Shown here: positions 1 to 9,972 of the stretch, piece by piece
How positions within the stretch are numbered: the first letter of the stretch is position 1
Layout: every line of letters starts with the position of its first letter
NCBI GenBank assembly: GCA_963809895.1
Contig: CAWELD010000003.1
Coordinates: forward strand, 704,001 to 768,000
Reading direction: 5' to 3'
Source: an uncultured Gemmatimonadales bacterium
GTDB lineage: Bacteria > Gemmatimonadota > Gemmatimonadetes > Longimicrobiales > Gaopeijiaceae
DNA: 64,000 nucleotides
Made by a program: the position numbers and the translations under genes
The notes under the pieces: model-generated
What the model was told of the DNA's origin: nothing
Databases searched by the model: none
Seen by the model: the letters and a program-made list of their open reading frames with translations, nothing else

Positions 1-1
1 G

Positions 2-289
2 CACGGCGTCGCTCATTTCGAGGGCGAGGACCGCCTCGCTGGCGATGTCCGTGTCGGTGCGCGTCCGACGTGGACCGACCTGCACCTCCAGGTCGTTCGC
101 CACGGCTCGCACCCCGCGCACCCGGCACGCGGCCCGTTCGGCGGCGTGCTTCTGCCGATAACTCGCCACCTCACCGTGGAGTGTCACCACGCCCTCGGTG
201 ACGCCGACGCCGATGCCCGCGGCGTCCAGGCTCGCCTCCCAGGCGAGCTCCTCTTCCACTTCCGTTCGGATCTTGTCGTCGGCGTCCAT
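2..289 (-). CDS. BON-domain (OsmY-like) protein, truncated by window edge
   Basis: Not in ORF track. Reads MDADDKIRTEVEEELAWEASLDAAGIGVGVTEGVVTLHGEVASYRQKHAAERAACRVRGVRAVANDLEV...RTDTDIA, a BON pattern (GVVTLxGxV, V.GV..V.N.L.V) with the start of a second BON. AGGAGG RBS upstream of ATG at 289. Confidence 0.9.
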   Translation of the reverse strand, partial: MDADDKIRTEVEEELAWEASLDAAGIGVGVTEGVVTLHGEVASYRQKHAAERAACRVRGVRAVANDLEVQVGPRRTRTDTDIASEAVLALEMSDAV

Positions 290-583
290 GGCCGGGTCCC
301 TCCTGGTGATCGGTGTCGAGGTCCTGCCCTTGACGCAGGCATTTCCCGTGCCGTGCATGCGGGCCCGCCAGGCCCCGTCATACAGAGCACCAGTCGCCTG
401 GATCGAGGGGGACAGAATGACCCGTAGAGGGCCGTCCTGACATCCGATGCCACACGATCGTCAGGCGGCAGGCCCTGGGAGCTTTGGCGTGCTTCTTTCA
501 GGGTTGGTGGCGGGAATCCTCATAGATCGCTTGTCTGGCCGGAGTGCTGGTCGGCATCCGGAACCCGGTCACGGAGGTGGACG

Positions 584-1558
584 GTGCTGAGTCGCATCCT
601 GCTGCCCCTGGACGGCTCTCCACGTGCGGAACGTGCCATCCCCCTCGTAGAGACGCTCGCTCAGGCGTTCGGAGCCGACGTGATCCTCGTGCGGGTGGTG
701 GAGGGTGAGTCCGCCTCGCTCAACAGGTGGACGGATCCCGTCCATTGGCGGCTGGAGCGGGCAGAGGCCACGACCTACCTGGAGGGAGTGGGAGCCCGGC
801 TGCGAGAGGCGGGCGTGCACGTGGACCTGGACGTGGGTGTCGGACGCCCCGCCGAAGAGATCCTGGAGATCACTCGGGCGCGGCGCGTGGAACTCCTGGT
901 CCTCACGAGTCACGGGCTGGGGGATGCCACCGGTGTCCATCTGGCCGGAACAGCCCACAAGGTGCTGGCGGGCGCGGAGACGTCGGTGCTGTTGGTTCCC
1001 GTGGATGCCGACGAGGTCCATCCCGGCGAGCGCCCCACGCGGATCGTCGTACCGGTGGACGGGTCGCCCCGGGGCGAGTGGGCCGTGGGCCTGGCGGCGA
1101 TCGTCGCACGGTTCTCGGGGGCACGTTTGGAGGTGGCCTTCGTGATTCAGGAGCCCGAGGCTCCCAGGGGGCGCTCCGGCGAACGGGTGCGCGCACTGGC
1201 CAAGCAGTTCGTCGACGCCAGCCGGGACTGTGCGCGGGAGTACCTGGTGGCACTCGTGGACAGACTGAGTGCTTCGGACCTGAAGATCTTCACCCGGGTG
1301 GAGACTGCGAGTGGTGGGGGCTGCAGGCTGGGGCAGAGGCTGGCCTCGCAAGGTAGCGATACTCTGCTGGTCTTGGGATGCTGCATGGGTACGGACCAGG
1401 GGCATCTGTACGGGATCGCCTCCGCTGCCCTGTCCGAGGGCTGCGGCTCGCCCCTGCTCCTCCTCAGGACGGCGCCTCTTCCAGATCCGAGTCCTCTGAA
1501 ACCCGTCCCTGCGCGGTCGCGGTGGAGCACCCGCAGACGGCCCGCTTCGACCGAGTGA
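584..1558 (+). CDS. Universal stress protein, two tandem UspA domains
   Basis: RILLPLDGS...AERA and RIVVPVDGS repeats; GRPAEEIL and LLVLTSHG..G motifs; GGAGG RBS before GTG. Confidence 0.9.
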   Translation: MLSRILLPLDGSPRAERAIPLVETLAQAFGADVILVRVVEGESASLNRWTDPVHWRLERAEATTYLEGVGARLREAGVHVDLDVGVGRPAEEILEITRARRVELLVLTSHGLGDATGVHLAGTAHKVLAGAETSVLLVPVDADEVHPGERPTRIVVPVDGSPRGEWAVGLAAIVARFSGARLEVAFVIQEPEAPRGRSGERVRALAKQFVDASRDCAREYLVALVDRLSASDLKIFTRVETASGGGCRLGQRLASQGSDTLLVLGCCMGTDQGHLYGIASAALSEGCGSPLLLLRTAPLPDPSPLKPVPARSRWSTRRRPASTE

Positions 1559-4500
1559 GGGCTGACGCACCGGGCCTGGTAGCCCGAGCACAGGCCCTCG
1601 CTCGAGCCCGGCCCGGCCAGCGCGCCAAGGGCGCGCCGCGGGCCTTTCGGCGGCGGGTGCGCGGGCTGCGCGATCGCGTCGCCGCGTTGATGGCGTCCAT
1701 GGCCGCTCGCGAGGCGCGGGAACAGGTGCCTGGCGTGGAGTGGCTCCTGGACAACCAGCACATGGTTCGCGCGGCCGTGGAGCAGACCGTGGAGGACCTG
1801 CCGGAGGCGTTCTACGCGGTCCTTCCCAAGATTGATGGAGGTCCACTCACCCGCGCCGAAGCCGTCGTTCGCGCCGTGCCGCGGAACGGGTCCGGCTTCC
1901 TGAGCGTAGAGGTGGCTCGGGACTTCGTGGCCGCATTCCAGAAGGTACGCCCCTTGGAGATGGCCGAGCTGTGGGCGATACCGGCCCTGCTCCGGCTCGT
2001 GGTGGTGGAGGACATCCTCGCCGAGGGGGCCGCGCGCGTTTCCGAACAGGACGGGGCAAGAGAGGATCGGTGGGGCGAGCGAATCGCCGCCGGCATCACC
2101 ACCCTTCGGGGCTTGGAGGAAGCCGATTGGAAGGGCTTCTTCGAGTCGCTGAGCGTCGTGGAGCGTTGCCTGCGGGGCCTCGATCCCGCGGGGGCGTATG
2201 CGGAGTTGGACTTCCCGACCCGCGACCGTTACCGCAAGGCGGTGGAAGAACTGGCGCGCCGGGGTGGAGGGAGCGAGTTGGCCGTGGCCAGGGCGGCCGT
2301 TCTCATGGCCCGGGGAGAAGGCCCGCAGCAGCATGTGGGGCCCTTCCTGATCGGCTCCCGCAGGGAGTGCCTGGAGGAGCATCTCGGTTGTCGGGTGCCC
2401 TGGCGCGCGCGGGTGCGACGACGGCTGTATCAGAGGGTCGGATCGGCGTACTTCGCCTCGGTTGCGATCCTCAGCTCGGCTCTCGTCGTCTTGATGACCT
2501 GGCCGACGCGCGGCGTCGGCCCCTGGATGGTGCTTCTCGCGGTGGTGGCGGCCCTTCTTCCGGCATTGGCCCTGTCGGTCGGTGTGGCGAACGCGATCTT
2601 CACGCGCCTGGTTCCGCCGCGCACCCTGCCCAGGATGGAGCTCGCGGATGGCGTGCCTCCCCATGCCCGCACCGTCGTCGCCGTGCCCGTCCTCCTGACC
2701 CACCTGGACGACCTCACCGCGACGCTCGGTCGCATGGAGACGAACTATCTGGGAAACGCGGACCCGAACGTGTGCGTTGCCCTGCTGGCGGATCTCCCCG
2801 ATGCCGACCGCGAGCAAGAGCCAAGAGACCGGGTGCTCCTCCAAGCGGCCACGACGGGCGTGCGCGAATTGAACGCGCGTCACCGTGAGGAAGGACCCGG
2901 ACCCTTCCTTCTCCTCGTCCGCCGCCGCCGCTGGAACCCCGGTGAGCATCGTTGGATGGCGTGGGAACGGAAGCGGGGGAAGCTCGACCAACTCAACCGA
3001 TGGATCCTCACCGGTGACGGTCAGGACCTCGAACTGGCGGAAGGCGACGGCTCACGTCTCGATGGAGCGCGCTACGTCCTGACGCTGGATGCGGACACGA
3101 GCCTGCCCCCCGACGGCCTCGTACGCCTGGTCGGTGCCTTGGAGCACCCGATGAACCGGCCGGTGTTCGGCGCGGACGGATCTCTGGCTGCGGGCTACAC
3201 CGTCCTGCAGCCCCGCGTGGAGACCGTCGCGGACACCGGTGCCTCCACCTGGTTCCAGTCGGTGTTTCACGGGGAGGAGGGCCTGGACCTCTACTCCCAC
3301 GCAGTGTCCGACGTGTATCAGGATCTCTTCGGCGACGCCATCTACGTGGGAAAGGGCCTCTATGACGTCGAGGCCTTCGCCCGCTGCCTCGACGGGCGGG
3401 TTCCCGAGAATACTCTCTTGAGCCACGATCTCTTCGAGGGCGGGCATGGCCGTGTCGGTCTGGTCACGGACGTCACGGTGCTGGAAGGGTTCCCGCCTGG
3501 AGCGGTGGCGTTCTTCCGAAGGGTCCACCGCTGGGCTCGCGGAGACTGGCAGCTCCTTCCATGGTTGTTCCGGCGCGTCCGGGACGCCCACGGTCATCGG
3601 GTCCCGAACGGCCTCAATCCGCTGGCCCGATGGAAGCTTCTGGACAACCTGCGGCGAAACCTGCTGGCGGTCTCGCTCCTCTTTCTGGCTGCGGTGGGCT
3701 GGCTCGTGTTACCCGGGTCTGCCAAGTGGTGGACGGGGTGGGTGATTCTCGCCCCGGCCGTACCGATGGTGCTCGGGGCCCTGGGAGCGGTGCCGGCCAC
3801 CTTGGGGAGGCGACGTCACCGGAGTCGTTTCCGCCCCGGGTCGCGGGCGCCGTTGCTGGTAGCGGCCCGCGCCGCCACGTGGGTGGCCTTCCTGCCCTGG
3901 CGTGCAGCAGTGGAGGTGGACGCAGCGGTACGAACCCTTTGGCGGCTGGGGGTGAGTCGGCGCCACTTGCTGGAGTGGAGCTCGGCGGCACATACGGAGC
4001 GCATCGTGGGACGGCGGGTGAGCCTCCGCTTCCACCTGCGCTACGCCTATTGGGGTCCCTTGGTAGCCGCGTCCCTCGTGGGGCTCCTGACCATGGCGCG
4101 GCCCGGCTCCCTACCAGCGGCTGCCATCCTCCTCGGCCTGTGGCTGCTGTCGCCCATCGCTTCCTGGATGCTCGCCCGGCCATTGACCGGTGGGTCGGGC
4201 AGACTCCACGACGCCGACCTGTTGCGAATCAGAGCGTTCGCCAGGCGCACATGGGCGTACTTCGAGACGTTCGTCACCCCGGACGAGCACTGGCTGCCCC
4301 CGGATCACGTCCAGCTCGAACCGGATCGTGGTGTGGCGCACCGAACCTCGCCGACGAACATCGGATTCGGGATTCTGTCGGCGGTGGCCGCCCACGATCT
4401 CGGTTATCTTCCGCTGACCCACCTGGCGGCGCGGCTGGCGAACACCTCCGACACTCTGGAACGCCTGGAGCGGCACCGAGGCCACTTCCTCAACTGGTAC

Positions 4501-7500
4501 GACACCCGTGATCTCCATCCCCTGGCGGCCCGGTACGTCTCCACCGTCGATAGCGGGAACCTGGCGGCCTGCCTCCTGGCGACTGCTGCTGCGTTACCTG
4601 CCCTGGCCGGCGCACGGCAGCCTCGTGCATCTGATGCCCATGGTCTAGCGGACACCCTTCGCGCGACCGCTGACGAGTGTGCACGAGTGGGAGCCACCGA
4701 CGTGGCGTCGAGCCTGCGGCGCCGGGGCGCGGCACTGACCCGGGGCGACGCGCCCATGTCGTTTGGGGCGCTGGTGCGCTCGGCCCTCGAGGTGCGAGAA
4801 GCGGCGCTTCGCGTCACGACCGAACTCGAGGCCGGACCTGCCGATCCCAGACCGGATCGGGTCGCACTCAGGACGTGGCTCTCGATGCTGGACCGCCAGG
4901 CCATGCTGCTGGAGTCGGAGATTCGGACCCTCTTTCCCTGGACCCATCCGGCGCTGCGACCGCCCGACTCCCCGGGGGCGGGAGCCTGGTTCCAGGCCGT
5001 AAGCGCGACGGGGATCCCGACGCTACGCGAAGTACCTGCCATCGCGTCCAGCCTTCGCGGGCACCTCGACCGCCTGAGCGACGAGCTTCCCGATCCCTGG
5101 GCGACCCAGATGCGAACGGCTCTGCAGGCGGCGGCCACGACGGCCGAGGCGGCCCTGGCGGAGTTGTCCGAGGTGGAGGGAGCCGCCCGCCGGCTAGCGC
5201 GGGAGATGGAGTTCGGGTTCCTGTACGACCGCCGTCGCAAACTCCTGCACGTCGGATACGATGTCGATGCTGGCACCCTCGATCGCAGCTACTACGACCT
5301 GTTCGCTTCCGAAGCTCGCCTGGCGAGCTACGTGGCGATGAGCAAGGGAGACCTGCCCGTGGAGCACTGGCTCCGCCTGGGCAGGCCCTTCCGCCGCAGC
5401 GGACGCTCCACGGTGCTGCTCTCCTGGGGCGGGTCCATGTTCGAGTATCTGATGCCCTCACTCTTCCTGCACACGCCGCGAGGATCGCTCGGCGCTCACG
5501 CAGGAGCTCGGGCCGTGGACGCGCAAGTGGATTTCGCACGGCACAATCGTGTGCCGTGGGGGATCTCGGAGTCCGGATACGCGGAACTGGACGCCGGAGG
5601 ACGCTACCGTTACCGAGCCTTCGGCGTCCCCTCCCTCCGCATGCGTCGAGAGAGCGACGAGCGCATCGTGATTGCGCCGTATGCCACCGCGCTGGCGCTC
5701 GCCACGCACCCGCGGTGCGCCCTGGAGAATCTCGAGCGGCTGGACGACCTGGGGCTCCTGGGGCCACACGGGTTCCTGGAGGCCGCGGACTACGGTGCGC
5801 CGCCCACGCGCCCGCCGAGGCGGGTGGCCAGCGTCATGGCCCATCATCAGGGGATGTTCCTGGCGTCACTCCACCACGTGCTCACCGGAGGATCGATGGT
5901 GGAGCGGTTCCACAGCGCGCCGGCCGAGTCCACTCTGCAGTACCTCCTTCAGGAAGAGTCTCCAGTCCGGGTCTCGGTGACCCCGGCTCCGGTGTCCACG
6001 CTCCGATCCATGCCCGGCCGGAAGGAGCTCCCCGCACCACATTCCTGGGTCGTGGACAGCCGCGCGTTTCCGCCTGCCACCACCGTTCTCTCCAACGGTT
6101 CCCTACGGACGACCCTCACCGCGGCGGGGGCCGGAGGGCTCCGGTGGAACGGGCGAGAGGCGGTGCGCTGGCATCCGGATCCCACGGTCCAGGATCTGGG
6201 AATCTGGCTCTGGGTCCGGGATCTGGAGAGCGAGGACGTATGGTCGGCGACGCTGGCGCCGTCCTGGGTGACGCCGGATCGCTACGAGGTCCGCTTCGGC
6301 GGAGACCGCGTGGACTTCAACCGCGACGATGGTGGTCTGCGAACGCGCATGACCGTAGCGGTAGCACCGGGCAACGTCGAGGTGCGGCGGGTCACTCTGG
6401 TGAATGAAGGTGACCACGACCGATCGTTGGAGCTCACCAGCTATGGCGAGGTGAGCTTGGCACCGGTGGGCGAGGACTGGCGGCATCCGGCGTTCGCCCG
6501 GCTCTTTGTGGAAGCCGAATTCGTCAGCCGACACCAGGCGCTGCTGTTCCGCAGGCGCTCGGAAGGACTCCAGGACGGTCCCGCATTTCTCGCGCACGGC
6601 GTGGTGGGCTCCTCGGGTGGCGCGCTGATCCGCCATCACGTCGATCGGGGCGCATTTCTCGGCAGGGATGGACGCCCGGGGGTTCCGCCCGGCTTGACTG
6701 CGCAATGCGGTGCCGCTGCTCCTGCTGACGAGGTCCATGCGCCTCTGGACCCCGTCTTCAGCCTCACCTGGCGGATCCGGGTGCCCGCGGGTGGGGAAGT
6801 TGCAGTGGGATTCCTGACGGCGGTGGGCTCGTCTCGACGCTCCGTGCTTCGTGCGTTGGATGACCACCGCTCCATGGACCACATGGACTGGGTGTTCAAC
6901 CGGGCTCGTGAGCAGGAGCGGCTCCAGCTCCACGCCGTAGGCGCGATTCCGAAGGAAGTGCCACTCTTCCACCGCCTCCTCTCGGCCCTGATCCACCCCT
7001 ACCATCGACTGCGGGCCGGGGGCCCGGCCGCCGTGAAGGAGCCGCTCCGAAACGTACTCTGGCCGATGGGGATCTCGGGCGACCATCCCGTGGCCATCCT
7101 GGTGGCGGACGATTCCGACGACCTGAGCGGGGTGGATGTGCTTCTCCGGGCCCACGACTATTGGGAGCGTCGTGGCGTGCCCTTCGACCTCGTGGTGGTG
7201 GGCCGCGTGGGCGATGGGTACGAGGACCCTGTGGAGGAGCGAGTGGCCCGTCGCCTGGCCGAGGCGGGCCGCATGGACCGGCTCAACCGCGGTGCCGGCG
7301 TGCACCTGGTATCCAGAAGCCGACTGGGTGCAGAGCGACTCGGCCGACTTCTCCAGGCCGCCAGCCTGGTACTCCAGGGTGACGGCCGCAGCCTGGAGGA
7401 GCTTCTCCAGACCGTTGACGCGCCTCGAGAGGAACCCCCGCCCCTGATCCCCATCCTCTCCTCGCCGCCGGCCGAATATCCGGCGGATCCGCTCGGGCCC

Positions 7501-9972
7501 CCCGACGGGCTGCTCTTCTTCAATGGCTTCGGGGGGTTCCGGCCGGCCGGGCGCGACTACGTGATGCACCTTCAGCCGGGCGAGAGGCCCCCGGCCCCGT
7601 GGGTGAACGTCCTGGCCAATCCCCGTTTCGGCGCGCTGGTCTCGGAGAGCGGCAGCGCGTGCACCTGGGCCGCCAACTCCGGGGAGTCCCGACTCACGCC
7701 CTGGTCCAACGATCCGGTGCGCGATCCTGCTGGGGAGGCCCTGTACCTGAGGGATGAGGAGACCGGCGAGTTCTGGTCCCCGACCCCCGGCCCCGTTCCA
7801 GCCGATGCTCCGTATCGGGTGATCCACCGGCCAGGGCGAACGCGGTTCCGCCATCGGAGCCATGGCCTGGACCAGCGGGTGGACGTGTGGGTGCTGGCGG
7901 ACGAAGCGGTGAAGGTGACGGAGGTGAGGCTCGAGAATCGATGGCCGCGGCCCCGGCGAATCACGCTCACCGCCTATGCGGAGTGGGTGCTCGGAGGCCG
8001 GCGTTGGGAGCAGGCTCCGTACCTCGTCACCGAGCTCGGCGAGGCCGAAGACGCCCTTCTCGTCTACAATCCCTTCGCGCCGCAGAAAGGGCTGGCAGGG
8101 GCGTTTCTCGCGACCGACGCTTCCATTCACGGATTCACCTGTGACCGGCACGAGTTCCTGGGATTGGAGGGAGACCGGGCACGGCCCGCCGCCCTCTCCC
8201 GGATCGGCTTGTCCTCCACGACGGGCGGCGGCCTGGATTCGTGCGGCGCTCTGCAGGTCCACGTCGATCTGGAGCCGGGCGCGAGCCGGACCCTGCGGTT
8301 CTTCATGGGCGCCTTCCAGGAACGGGTCCAGGTGGCTCCGTTGGTGAGCCGCCTACGGGAGGAGCGGACGCTGCGGAAGGAGAGGGCCCGGGTCCGAAAG
8401 CACTGGTCCGGGCTCTTGAATCGCACGCGGGTGAGGACTCCCGAGCCGTCCATGGACATCCTCCTCAACGGTTGGCTCCTGCACCAGACGCTGGCTTGCC
8501 GCCTATGGGGGCGCACGGGCTTCTACCAGTCCAGCGGTGCCTATGGCTTCCGCGACCAGCTGCAGGACTCGATGGCGTTCCTGGGCTGCGCTCCCGAGCT
8601 GTGCCGAGAGCGGATCCTCGATGCCGCCGCGCACCAGTTCCCGGAAGGTGACGTGTTGCATTGGTGGCACCCCGACACCGAGCTGGGTGTGCGCACCCGC
8701 TGTTCCGACGATCGTCTGTGGCTGCCTTTCGTGACGGCGGCGTACGTGGAGGCCACCGGCGACCAGGACATCCTGGACGAGACGGTTCCATTCCGGATGG
8801 CGCCCCCTCTGGCGGCGGAGGAGAAGGAGCGCTTCGGCGCCTACACCGAGACCGGCGCTCCGGCATCGCTTCACGAGCATTGCTTGCGCGCCCTGGAGCG
8901 ACCCGGAATCCTGAGTCCCCGCGGGCTGCCTCTCATGGGCACCGGGGACTGGAACGACGGCCTGAATCACGTGGGTCCCGCAGGCCGTGGCGAGAGCACC
9001 TGGCTGGCCTGGTTCCTCGTGCGGCTCTTCCGCGACGTGGGCGGCATCTGCGCCACCCGGGGTGATTCGGAGCAAGCCCGTGCGCTGGCGGACCGGGCCG
9101 ACGCGTTGGCCTCGGCCATGGAGCAGCACGCCTGGGACGGCGCCTGGTACGTGCGCGGAACCTACGACGACGGGCATCCTCTCGGCTCCGCCCGCAACGA
9201 GGAAGGTCGGATCGACTCCCTTCCGCAGAGTTGGGCCGTGCTTTCCGGGGGGGGAGATCCGGCTCGGGCACGCAGGGCGATGGAGGCTGTATGGCGGGAG
9301 CTCGTCGACCACGAGCGGAGCCTGTGCCTCCTTCTCGCCCCACCGTACCACCGGACGAGCAGGGATCCCGGCTACATCAAGAGCTATCCGCCCGGCGTGC
9401 GTGAGAACGGTGGTCAGTACACGCACGCGGCGGTGTGGGTGGCCTGGGCTTTCGCGGCGCTGGGCGATGGGAACCGGGCGGGTCGGTTGTTCCGGTACCT
9501 GGACCCGGTCCTGAAGTCCGATTCCCGCGAAGCCGCGGAGCTCTATCGTGTGGAGCCCTACGTCTCGGCCGCCGACGTGTACGCTGGCCCTGAGCACGCC
9601 GGGCGGGGAGGCTGGACCTGGTACACGGGCTCGGCGGCCTGGCTCTATCGTCTCGGGTTCGAGGCGATCCTGGGGATTCGCTTCCGGCCGGGCGCCCTAC
9701 GCATCGATCCCTGCGTTCCCGCGTCCTGGCCGGGCTTCCGGGTCCGCCACCGCCATGGATCGTCCTGCTACGACATTCGTGTGCGGAATCCCGACGGGGT
9801 GGAGCACGGCGTGATCTCGGCGTCTCTGGACGGCGACGAGGTCGACGCCGACGAGATCCCGCTGGCCGACGATGGGCGTACGCACCGGATCGAGGTGGTG
9901 CTGGGTCGGCGGAGGCCGGTGGCCACGGGCGCCACGCCGGCAGGCGGCGCCGGGGAGTCGGGTGTGCCATGA
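1555..9972 (+). CDS. Giant cyclic beta-1,2-glucan synthase/phosphorylase (Cgs/NdvB-like; GT84 + glucoamylase-like/transglycosylase + GH94 domains), about 2800 aa
   Basis: Motifs WERKRGKL, LDADT, SHDLFEG, RVHRWARGDWQ (GT); TM segments; TSPTNIG, STVDSGNL, SWGGSMFEYLMP, WGISES; GH94 motifs YQSSGAYGFRDQLQD, GDWNDG, RENGGQYTHAA, GGWTWYTGSA. Start uncertain: GTG 1555 overlaps the usp stop (GTGA); ORF is open from 1378. Confidence 0.92.
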   Translation: MRADAPGLVARAQALARARPGQRAKGAPRAFRRRVRGLRDRVAALMASMAAREAREQVPGVEWLLDNQHMVRAAVEQTVEDLPEAFYAVLPKIDGGPLTRAEAVVRAVPRNGSGFLSVEVARDFVAAFQKVRPLEMAELWAIPALLRLVVVEDILAEGAARVSEQDGAREDRWGERIAAGITTLRGLEEADWKGFFESLSVVERCLRGLDPAGAYAELDFPTRDRYRKAVEELARRGGGSELAVARAAVLMARGEGPQQHVGPFLIGSRRECLEEHLGCRVPWRARVRRRLYQRVGSAYFASVAILSSALVVLMTWPTRGVGPWMVLLAVVAALLPALALSVGVANAIFTRLVPPRTLPRMELADGVPPHARTVVAVPVLLTHLDDLTATLGRMETNYLGNADPNVCVALLADLPDADREQEPRDRVLLQAATTGVRELNARHREEGPGPFLLLVRRRRWNPGEHRWMAWERKRGKLDQLNRWILTGDGQDLELAEGDGSRLDGARYVLTLDADTSLPPDGLVRLVGALEHPMNRPVFGADGSLAAGYTVLQPRVETVADTGASTWFQSVFHGEEGLDLYSHAVSDVYQDLFGDAIYVGKGLYDVEAFARCLDGRVPENTLLSHDLFEGGHGRVGLVTDVTVLEGFPPGAVAFFRRVHRWARGDWQLLPWLFRRVRDAHGHRVPNGLNPLARWKLLDNLRRNLLAVSLLFLAAVGWLVLPGSAKWWTGWVILAPAVPMVLGALGAVPATLGRRRHRSRFRPGSRAPLLVAARAATWVAFLPWRAAVEVDAAVRTLWRLGVSRRHLLEWSSAAHTERIVGRRVSLRFHLRYAYWGPLVAASLVGLLTMARPGSLPAAAILLGLWLLSPIASWMLARPLTGGSGRLHDADLLRIRAFARRTWAYFETFVTPDEHWLPPDHVQLEPDRGVAHRTSPTNIGFGILSAVAAHDLGYLPLTHLAARLANTSDTLERLERHRGHFLNWYDTRDLHPLAARYVSTVDSGNLAACLLATAAALPALAGARQPRASDAHGLADTLRATADECARVGATDVASSLRRRGAALTRGDAPMSFGALVRSALEVREAALRVTTELEAGPADPRPDRVALRTWLSMLDRQAMLLESEIRTLFPWTHPALRPPDSPGAGAWFQAVSATGIPTLREVPAIASSLRGHLDRLSDELPDPWATQMRTALQAAATTAEAALAELSEVEGAARRLAREMEFGFLYDRRRKLLHVGYDVDAGTLDRSYYDLFASEARLASYVAMSKGDLPVEHWLRLGRPFRRSGRSTVLLSWGGSMFEYLMPSLFLHTPRGSLGAHAGARAVDAQVDFARHNRVPWGISESGYAELDAGGRYRYRAFGVPSLRMRRESDERIVIAPYATALALATHPRCALENLERLDDLGLLGPHGFLEAADYGAPPTRPPRRVASVMAHHQGMFLASLHHVLTGGSMVERFHSAPAESTLQYLLQEESPVRVSVTPAPVSTLRSMPGRKELPAPHSWVVDSRAFPPATTVLSNGSLRTTLTAAGAGGLRWNGREAVRWHPDPTVQDLGIWLWVRDLESEDVWSATLAPSWVTPDRYEVRFGGDRVDFNRDDGGLRTRMTVAVAPGNVEVRRVTLVNEGDHDRSLELTSYGEVSLAPVGEDWRHPAFARLFVEAEFVSRHQALLFRRRSEGLQDGPAFLAHGVVGSSGGALIRHHVDRGAFLGRDGRPGVPPGLTAQCGAAAPADEVHAPLDPVFSLTWRIRVPAGGEVAVGFLTAVGSSRRSVLRALDDHRSMDHMDWVFNRAREQERLQLHAVGAIPKEVPLFHRLLSALIHPYHRLRAGGPAAVKEPLRNVLWPMGISGDHPVAILVADDSDDLSGVDVLLRAHDYWERRGVPFDLVVVGRVGDGYEDPVEERVARRLAEAGRMDRLNRGAGVHLVSRSRLGAERLGRLLQAASLVLQGDGRSLEELLQTVDAPREEPPPLIPILSSPPAEYPADPLGPPDGLLFFNGFGGFRPAGRDYVMHLQPGERPPAPWVNVLANPRFGALVSESGSACTWAANSGESRLTPWSNDPVRDPAGEALYLRDEETGEFWSPTPGPVPADAPYRVIHRPGRTRFRHRSHGLDQRVDVWVLADEAVKVTEVRLENRWPRPRRITLTAYAEWVLGGRRWEQAPYLVTELGEAEDALLVYNPFAPQKGLAGAFLATDASIHGFTCDRHEFLGLEGDRARPAALSRIGLSSTTGGGLDSCGALQVHVDLEPGASRTLRFFMGAFQERVQVAPLVSRLREERTLRKERARVRKHWSGLLNRTRVRTPEPSMDILLNGWLLHQTLACRLWGRTGFYQSSGAYGFRDQLQDSMAFLGCAPELCRERILDAAAHQFPEGDVLHWWHPDTELGVRTRCSDDRLWLPFVTAAYVEATGDQDILDETVPFRMAPPLAAEEKERFGAYTETGAPASLHEHCLRALERPGILSPRGLPLMGTGDWNDGLNHVGPAGRGESTWLAWFLVRLFRDVGGICATRGDSEQARALADRADALASAMEQHAWDGAWYVRGTYDDGHPLGSARNEEGRIDSLPQSWAVLSGGGDPARARRAMEAVWRELVDHERSLCLLLAPPYHRTSRDPGYIKSYPPGVRENGGQYTHAAVWVAWAFAALGDGNRAGRLFRYLDPVLKSDSREAAELYRVEPYVSAADVYAGPEHAGRGGWTWYTGSAAWLYRLGFEAILGIRFRPGALRIDPCVPASWPGFRVRHRHGSSCYDIRVRNPDGVEHGVISASLDGDEVDADEIPLADDGRTHRIEVVLGRRRPVATGATPAGGAGESGVP

